Both the position numbers and the translations under genes were made by a program. Positions 59,080 through 64,000 of a stretch of 64,000 bases of DNA are shown here, one piece after another. The notes beneath the pieces are model-generated. The model was not told the origin of the DNA. It saw only the letters and a program-made list of their open reading frames with translations, and made no database searches. The stretch's first letter is position 1; each line of letters starts with the position of its first letter. The stretch covers positions 26,830 through 90,829 of the forward strand of contig QHZQ01000014.1 of NCBI GenBank assembly GCA_003224725.1. Direction: 5' to 3'. This DNA is from Acidobacteriota bacterium. GTDB lineage: Bacteria; Acidobacteriota; Terriglobia; Versatilivoradales; Versatilivoraceae.

Positions 59080-60606
59080 ATGGCTTTTGGCATTCACCTT
59101 CCTCTTATGAAGCCTCACTCCAATTCAACCACTGGTTTTCCTCATCCAGCTTACCTGACCACAGTTCTGAAGCCAAATTTCCAGCATTCAGTTACTCATT
59201 TCTTTCAGCCTCTAATGCAGATCAATCAAGCTCACGCCATCATGCTGACAAGGTGTGGCATTATCAAAAAGGATCATGGAACCAGGATCCTGGGAGGGCT
59301 TCGCCGAATTACCGCTGAGCAGAAGAAACTGCAAGGTTATTGTTTTTGTGGCGCTGAGGAGGACCTCTTCTTTTATGTCGAAAGCTGTCTGGCAAGCCAC
59401 TGTGGACCTGACATTGCAGGTCATCTGAGTGCGGCGAGAAGTCGCAACGACGTGGATATCACGCTTTACCGAATGGTGCTCAGAAACGAGCTCCTGCAAA
59501 CTGCTGTCCAGATTGATGAACTCCAACAGGTGCTGCTCCGACTGGCTGAGGCTCATACGAAAACAATTTTCCCCGTCGTGACTCATACGCAGCTCGCACA
59601 GCCAACGACACTGGGACATTATTTGATGGCCGCCGTGGAGTTCTTGGAAAGAGATCTCCGGCGCCTTTCACAATCTTTTCGCTCTGTGAACCACTCCCCG
59701 CTGGGCGCCTGCGTCGCGACCACAACCGGATTCCCTATTGACCGCCGCTTACTGGCACGGTTGCTCGGATTTGAGGCCGTCTTGGAAAACGCCTATGGCT
59801 GTATTGCCAGTGTGGATTATCTGGTGGAAAGTGTCGGAACCATTTCAACGCTGATGGTCAACCTGGGAAAATTTATTCAGGATTTGCTGCTTTGGAGTTC
59901 CCAGGAATCCGCTCTCATGGTCTTACCCGACGGTTTTGTCCAATGCAGCAGTATCATGCCGCAGAAGCGTAATCCCGTCGCTTTGGAACACTTGCGGATT
60001 CTGGCCAGCAATGCCATTGGACAATGCCAGGCCGTGGTCTTGGGGCTGCACAATACTCCTTTCGGGGATATTGTTGACGCCGAAGATGACATTCAACCAG
60101 CCGTGCGGGCCTCTTTCGAATACGCTGCCCGAGTTTTGAAGTTATTAACTGCCGTTTTAGACTCCGCCGAATTCAACGTTGAAAGAGCGTTGGCAAAATG
60201 CCAGAGTGGGGAAGTAACCTTAACCGAGTTGGCCGATTGGCTGGTCAGGAGGCATCAGTTACCTTTTCGGATGGCTCATCGTATTGTCAGTCAGGTGGGT
60301 CAGGAACTACGCAGGCATCCGGCTCGAAGACAAGGAGAGTCGCAGTCGCAGTGGGTATCGGATCTATTGGAAATAGTCAGTAAGAGGTTAACCGGGAAGG
60401 TTATCACGATCCCTCCGCAACGCGTTGCCGAAATTCTGGATCCCGTAGGCTTTGTGATGATTAGAAAAGTCGTTGGGGGGCCTTCTCCGGCAGTGGTTGC
60501 GAGAAGCATAGCCAGGCACATCAAACGTGCCAACCAGCACAAGCGATGGCTGGCAGGAAAAAAAGACCTCCTTGCCACTTATGTTCATCAACTCAACAAG
60601 CTATAG
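59080..60606 (+). CDS. argininosuccinate-lyase-family (fumarate lyase superfamily) protein, divergent N-terminus
   Basis: Signature ..CSSIMPQKRNPVALE.. (GSSxMPQKxNP); ..SAARSRNDVDITLYRMVLR.. (TGRSRNDQVxTD-like). The N-terminal about 40 aa do not match canonical ArgH. Confidence 0.75.
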   Translation: MAFGIHLPLMKPHSNSTTGFPHPAYLTTVLKPNFQHSVTHFFQPLMQINQAHAIMLTRCGIIKKDHGTRILGGLRRITAEQKKLQGYCFCGAEEDLFFYVESCLASHCGPDIAGHLSAARSRNDVDITLYRMVLRNELLQTAVQIDELQQVLLRLAEAHTKTIFPVVTHTQLAQPTTLGHYLMAAVEFLERDLRRLSQSFRSVNHSPLGACVATTTGFPIDRRLLARLLGFEAVLENAYGCIASVDYLVESVGTISTLMVNLGKFIQDLLLWSSQESALMVLPDGFVQCSSIMPQKRNPVALEHLRILASNAIGQCQAVVLGLHNTPFGDIVDAEDDIQPAVRASFEYAARVLKLLTAVLDSAEFNVERALAKCQSGEVTLTELADWLVRRHQLPFRMAHRIVSQVGQELRRHPARRQGESQSQWVSDLLEIVSKRLTGKVITIPPQRVAEILDPVGFVMIRKVVGGPSPAVVARSIARHIKRANQHKRWLAGKKDLLATYVHQLNKL

Positions 60607-60610
60607 CCCA

Positions 60611-61696
60611 GAGTTGGCAAGAGCTTTGTCCCAAGTCCTCCACCAAGGGCGACGTCCCTTCGTCTTTCGGAGACCCTGGGTTTCCTTTCTCCCTCTAATC
60701 CTGACGCTTGCCGCCTGCTCAAACAACCAGGCAGGTAAAACGAGCCTCGTCGTCTATTCCACTCATGGCAAAGAGCTGTTAACCGAATACGAAACCCTCT
60801 TCGAAAAGGAGAATCCCGACAGTGATGTGAAATGGTTGGATATGGGGAGCCAAGACGTTCTAGACCGCCTTCGTTCAGAGAAAGAGAATCCTCAAACCGA
60901 TCTTTGGTGGGGAGCGCCTTCAACCCTCTTTCAACAGGCAGAAAAGGAAGGACTGTTACAAACTTACAAGCCCACTTGGGCCAGCCAAGTTTTGCCAGAG
61001 GCCCGCAGTCAGAGGAATTTGTGGTATGGGACCTACGAAACGCCCGAAGTCATTGCTTACAACAGTGCCGCGGTTAAGCCCGAAGAAGCACCTCAGGACT
61101 GGGATGACTTGCTAAATCCCCGCTGGCGAAACAAAATTATTATGCGAGACCCATTGGCCTCTGGAACCATGAGGACGATTTTCTGTGCCATGATTCTCCG
61201 TTTTTATAGGACTTCTGGATCACCTGACGCCGGCTATCAATGGTTAAAAAAGCTAGATGCCAATACTAAGGATTACGTAGCAAATCTAACGCTTCTCAGC
61301 CAAAAGCTAGCCAGACAAGAGGGATGGGTAACGGTATGGAATATGCCCGATATCGAGCTGCAGCGGTCTCAATATAACTATCCTCTCGCCTACGTGATTC
61401 CCAAAAGCGGTACACCCGTAGTTACGGAGGGGATCGCCTTGGTAGCCCATGCGAACCATGCAGAGGCGGCCAAAAGGTTTTATGAGTTTGTAACCAACAA
61501 ACCCAGTCTCATTTTGGCAGCCCACAAGTTTTATCGTATCCCTTGTCGTAAGGACATTCCTGTCGCCAATTTGCCAGAGTGGATCAATAAAACTCCCGTC
61601 CGAGCTATGGCAGTGGATTGGAACACATTGGAAGAGAAATCCAATGAATGGATGAAATATTGGGATACGCACATTCGCCATAAAGGCAAGCTCTAA
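60611..61696 (+). CDS. ABC transporter substrate-binding lipoprotein (family-1 SBP, iron(III)/FbpA-AfuA-like)
   Basis: ORF open from 60527 but overlapping the upstream gene. Probable TTG start at 60611 gives signal MARALSQVLHQGRRPFVFRRPWVSFLPLILTLAAC with lipobox LAAC. Mature domain (..LVVYSTHGKELL.., ..MRDPLASGT..) resembles FbpA-type binding proteins. Confidence 0.7.
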   Translation, partial: ELARALSQVLHQGRRPFVFRRPWVSFLPLILTLAACSNNQAGKTSLVVYSTHGKELLTEYETLFEKENPDSDVKWLDMGSQDVLDRLRSEKENPQTDLWWGAPSTLFQQAEKEGLLQTYKPTWASQVLPEARSQRNLWYGTYETPEVIAYNSAAVKPEEAPQDWDDLLNPRWRNKIIMRDPLASGTMRTIFCAMILRFYRTSGSPDAGYQWLKKLDANTKDYVANLTLLSQKLARQEGWVTVWNMPDIELQRSQYNYPLAYVIPKSGTPVVTEGIALVAHANHAEAAKRFYEFVTNKPSLILAAHKFYRIPCRKDIPVANLPEWINKTPVRAMAVDWNTLEEKSNEWMKYWDTHIRHKGKL

Positions 61697-61699
61697 ACC

Positions 61700-61830
61700 G
61701 TGAAGCGTGAAACGTAAAACGTGACACGTGAACGGTGAAGCTTGAACGAAGGCCTTGCGTTCGATTCTTAAGTTTCGTATCAAGCATCACGTTTCACGAA
61801 TCACGTATCACGCATCACGTTTCACTCCTG
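61700..61830. repeat. imperfect ~130-nt palindrome built from tandem heptamers (7x CGTGAAN, then about 6x NTTCACG inverted) between SBP and ATPase genes
   Basis: Read directly. Left arm CGTGAAG-CGTGAAA-CGTAAAA-CGTGACA-CGTGAAC-GGTGAAG-CTTGAAC. Centre GAACGAAGGCCTTGCGTTC. Right arm ..CATCACGTTTCACGAATCACGTATCACGCATCACGTTTCAC. Confidence 0.7.
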
Positions 61831-61835
61831 CAACC

Positions 61836-62936
61836 ATGCCCCTGCTCCAATTGCAAAACTTAACTCAGCGGTTCGATGACCTCACGGCCCTCGACAACTT
61901 CAACCTGTCTGTGGAGCAAGGAGAATTCATCAGTTTGCTCGGACCGAGCGGATGCGGTAAAACCACAACCATTCGCCTGGTGGCCGGATTCCTCACCCCC
62001 ACCCAGGGAAGGATTGTGGTCAACGGACGAGACATTACAGCCCTCCCGCCAGAAAAACGCAACATGGGAATGGTATTTCAATCCTACGCCCTCTTCCCTC
62101 ACCTTAATGTCTTTGAGAACGTCGCTTTTGGATTACGAGCCAAAGGGACTTCACGTCATCAAATCACCGACAAAGTAAAGCAAACCTTGGCCCTGGTCAA
62201 TCTCTCAGGGTATGACGAACGGCTCATATTTCAGCTTAGCGGAGGTGAACAGCAGCGCGTTGCCCTCGCTCGTACCCTAGTAACGGAGCCACAAATTTTG
62301 CTTTTGGACGAACCCTTGAGCAATCTGGATGCATCTCTGCGTGAACAGACCCGTAAACAGCTCAGGCAATTGATTAGTTCACTTGGCATGACAGCAGTTT
62401 TCGTGACCCATGATCAGGAGGAAGCCTTCGCCTTGTCGGACCGAATTGCTCTGCTTTCCAAAGGGGTCTGTCAACAGGTGGGAACAGCCCATGAGTTATA
62501 TTGTTCTCCAGTGAATGAGTTTGTCGCCCGGTTTATCGGTAAATCAAACATCTTGTCTCTACCCTTTAAGGGCTGTGGTAAGGACTGTTTTATTTTTTCT
62601 CTTCCCTCTGGCAACGAGCTTCGCCTTCATAACGATCGGCATCTGCAGTTACATCCTGGAGAAATCTGTCGGCTGCTGCTTCGTCCCGAAGCAATCGAGT
62701 TCGAGCGGACCCCCATGAATATGAGGCTACTGCAAGCCAAAGTCCTGGCCCGGCACTTTGCGGGGGCTTTCTCAGAGTATGAGCTGGAAGGCGAAGGCCT
62801 GAGCTTGCTGGCAATGTGGCCCAGTTTACCTCAGGCGAAACTATTTCGGGTGGGAGAAATGCTGGAGATTCATGTTTCGCCCAAGGCGATTTACTTTTTT
62901 CCCTCAGGGCCTGAGGCGAAAGGAGAGCCCCACTAA
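61836..62936 (+). CDS. ABC transporter ATP-binding protein (FbpC/PotA-like with C-terminal TOBE domain)
   Basis: Walker A GPSGCGKTT, signature LSGGEQQRVALAR, Walker B ILLLDEP. Start at MPLLQLQNL (61836); the ORF is open from 61755 through the repeat. Confidence 0.9.
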   Translation: MPLLQLQNLTQRFDDLTALDNFNLSVEQGEFISLLGPSGCGKTTTIRLVAGFLTPTQGRIVVNGRDITALPPEKRNMGMVFQSYALFPHLNVFENVAFGLRAKGTSRHQITDKVKQTLALVNLSGYDERLIFQLSGGEQQRVALARTLVTEPQILLLDEPLSNLDASLREQTRKQLRQLISSLGMTAVFVTHDQEEAFALSDRIALLSKGVCQQVGTAHELYCSPVNEFVARFIGKSNILSLPFKGCGKDCFIFSLPSGNELRLHNDRHLQLHPGEICRLLLRPEAIEFERTPMNMRLLQAKVLARHFAGAFSEYELEGEGLSLLAMWPSLPQAKLFRVGEMLEIHVSPKAIYFFPSGPEAKGEPH

Positions 62937-63063
62937 GGCTGTCCTCTCGTCACATTTCTGTGGGAAGAGTGAGGGCTTGGTACCAAATTACACCCCCAAT
63001 GGAGGCGAGGGGAGAGTAAATTGTAATTTACTAATCCCTCTCCCATGGGGAGAGGGTGACCAT

Positions 63064-63200
63064 AGGTCGGGTGAGGGGGTTGCAGCCGACGGAGGAAGGG
63101 TCTTCAGCGTCGATGGTGTTGTTCGATGCATAATTTGGGTGATAAACCTTCAGCAGGCCGGGTGAGGGGGCAGTTACCGACGCACCAAGGGTTTTGAAGA
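63064..63200. repeat. two copies of a ~45-nt direct repeat (AGGYCGGGTGAGGGGG..CCGACG..AAGGGTYTT) in the ATPase-permease intergenic region
   Basis: Copy 1 63064-63109 and copy 2 63155-63200, aligned by eye (about 70% identity with a conserved GGGTGAGGGGG core). Confidence 0.5.
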
Positions 63201-63273
63201 TTCCATTCCTTGGTTGAGTAGATAATTTAGGTAGTCTCAAAAGCCGGGCGAGAAGCCCGCCCAAAAAAACGTC

Positions 63274-64000
63274 TTGAAGCCAAAACGCGAGCGATCCACT
63301 TTCGTCCTGCATCTTGGGATCCTGGGCTTACTACTCTGGTTGGTGCTGTACCCCAATCTTTACGTCTTAATCCAAAGTTTCAACCGGGCAGGGAACTGGT
63401 CTTTTGCCAATTACCGAGAGTTTTTTTCCAATGCCTCTCCGCTTGAAGCATTGCGAAATAGCATTCTGATCTCGGTAGGCAGTGTCCTGCTGTCCGCCGC
63501 CGTCGGGATTCCTCTGGCTTTCATTTTCAATCTCTACAATTTTCCCGCAAAAAAAATATTTGCTGCCCTGGCTTCTTTGCCAGTTCTCTTGCCCCCGCTG
63601 GTGGGTGTGATTTCTTTCATGTTTCTCTATGGTGAAAGCGGAGTTTTCACGCGAAGTTTGCAATACTGGCTGGGTCTCAAAGAGCCTCCTTTTTCTCTAA
63701 AGGGAGTTGGGGCCATCTTATTTGTTCACGCCTACAGCATGTACGTGTACTTCTATTTATTTGTGTCGGCAGGACTCAAGCGAATGGACTTCTCGTTGGT
63801 AGAAGCGTCTCTTTCCTTGGGCGCTTCAAAGGTTCGGACCTTTCTCTCGGTAACCTTGAGATTATTGACGCCCGCCTTGATTGGCGCATCATTGCTGACG
63901 TTTATGACCTCGATGGCTAGTTTTAGCGCTCCCTATATTTTTGGAGGCGGCGTCCGCGTCCTGGCCCTGCAAATCTTTAATTCCAAGCTGAATGGCGACA
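63274..64000 (+). CDS. ABC transporter permease (FbpB-like), 3'-partial
   Basis: Open frame from a probable TTG at 63274 (..KPKRERSTFVLHLGILGLLLWLVLYP..) running off the window end; TM-rich with the EAS-type motif ..EASLSLGASKVRTF.. of ABC permeases. Confidence 0.8.
   Translation, partial: MKPKRERSTFVLHLGILGLLLWLVLYPNLYVLIQSFNRAGNWSFANYREFFSNASPLEALRNSILISVGSVLLSAAVGIPLAFIFNLYNFPAKKIFAALASLPVLLPPLVGVISFMFLYGESGVFTRSLQYWLGLKEPPFSLKGVGAILFVHAYSMYVYFYLFVSAGLKRMDFSLVEASLSLGASKVRTFLSVTLRLLTPALIGASLLTFMTSMASFSAPYIFGGGVRVLALQIFNSKLNGD

Noticed and set aside
62872-63165. 97-aa ORF spanning the ATPase 3' end and the repeat-rich spacer
   Set aside because: It overlaps the ATPase out of frame and runs through the direct repeats; Gly/Arg-rich; likely spurious, although a small peptide cannot be fully excluded.
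1-64000. CRISPR arrays, IS elements, integrases, toxin-antitoxin pairs or phage genes
   Set aside because: None seen on either strand. Repeats present are short intergenic elements, not spacer-repeat arrays, and no transposase or integrase-like translations appear in the six-frame track.

Overview
Gene-dense bacterial chromosomal segment of about 50% GC, with higher-GC patches at roughly 36.3-37.4 kb, 45.6-46.3 kb and 51.5-53 kb. It reads as core genome rather than an island: there is no CRISPR array, transposase, integrase or phage module. Recognisable operons (- means minus strand): recJ-lptC/A-lptB-rpoN-hpf-rapZ (-); mutS2-dnaG-rpoD (+) followed by a tRNA-Met(CAU); rpsP-KH-rimM-trmD-rplS-rnhB (-); tonB-exbB-exbD-exbD-TPR (-); tgt-yajC-secD-secF (-); thrC, tsaD, rpmB, relA/spoT; ribA; a futalosine-pathway MqnA-like gene; and a 3'-terminal ABC importer (lipoprotein SBP-ATPase-permease) preceded by a divergent ArgH-family lyase and two small unknown proteins. 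The gene content (sigma-54 cluster, futalosine pathway, TonB/ExbBD with TPR lipoprotein) fits a Gram-negative bacterium; finer phylogenetic placement cannot be made from sequence alone. The most unusual signals are: (1) two genes broken by single in-frame stop codons, TAA in the essential primase dnaG (with an apparently missing conserved linker segment) and TAG in a TlpA-like thioredoxin; (2) a ~130-nt imperfect palindrome made of tandem CGTGAAN/NTTCACG heptamers between the SBP and ATPase genes, plus direct repeats and mutually exclusive hairpins between the ATPase and permease genes; (3) a 577-nt non-coding region ending in a near-consensus sigma-70 promoter that drives a two-gene module of unknown function; (4) a high-GC nucleoside-recognition (SpmA/SpmB-like) gene; (5) an exported Tat-signal enolase-superfamily enzyme; (6) an orphan methylmalonyl-CoA-mutase catalytic subunit. 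All calls come from reading the translations and DNA by eye; no database search was possible.
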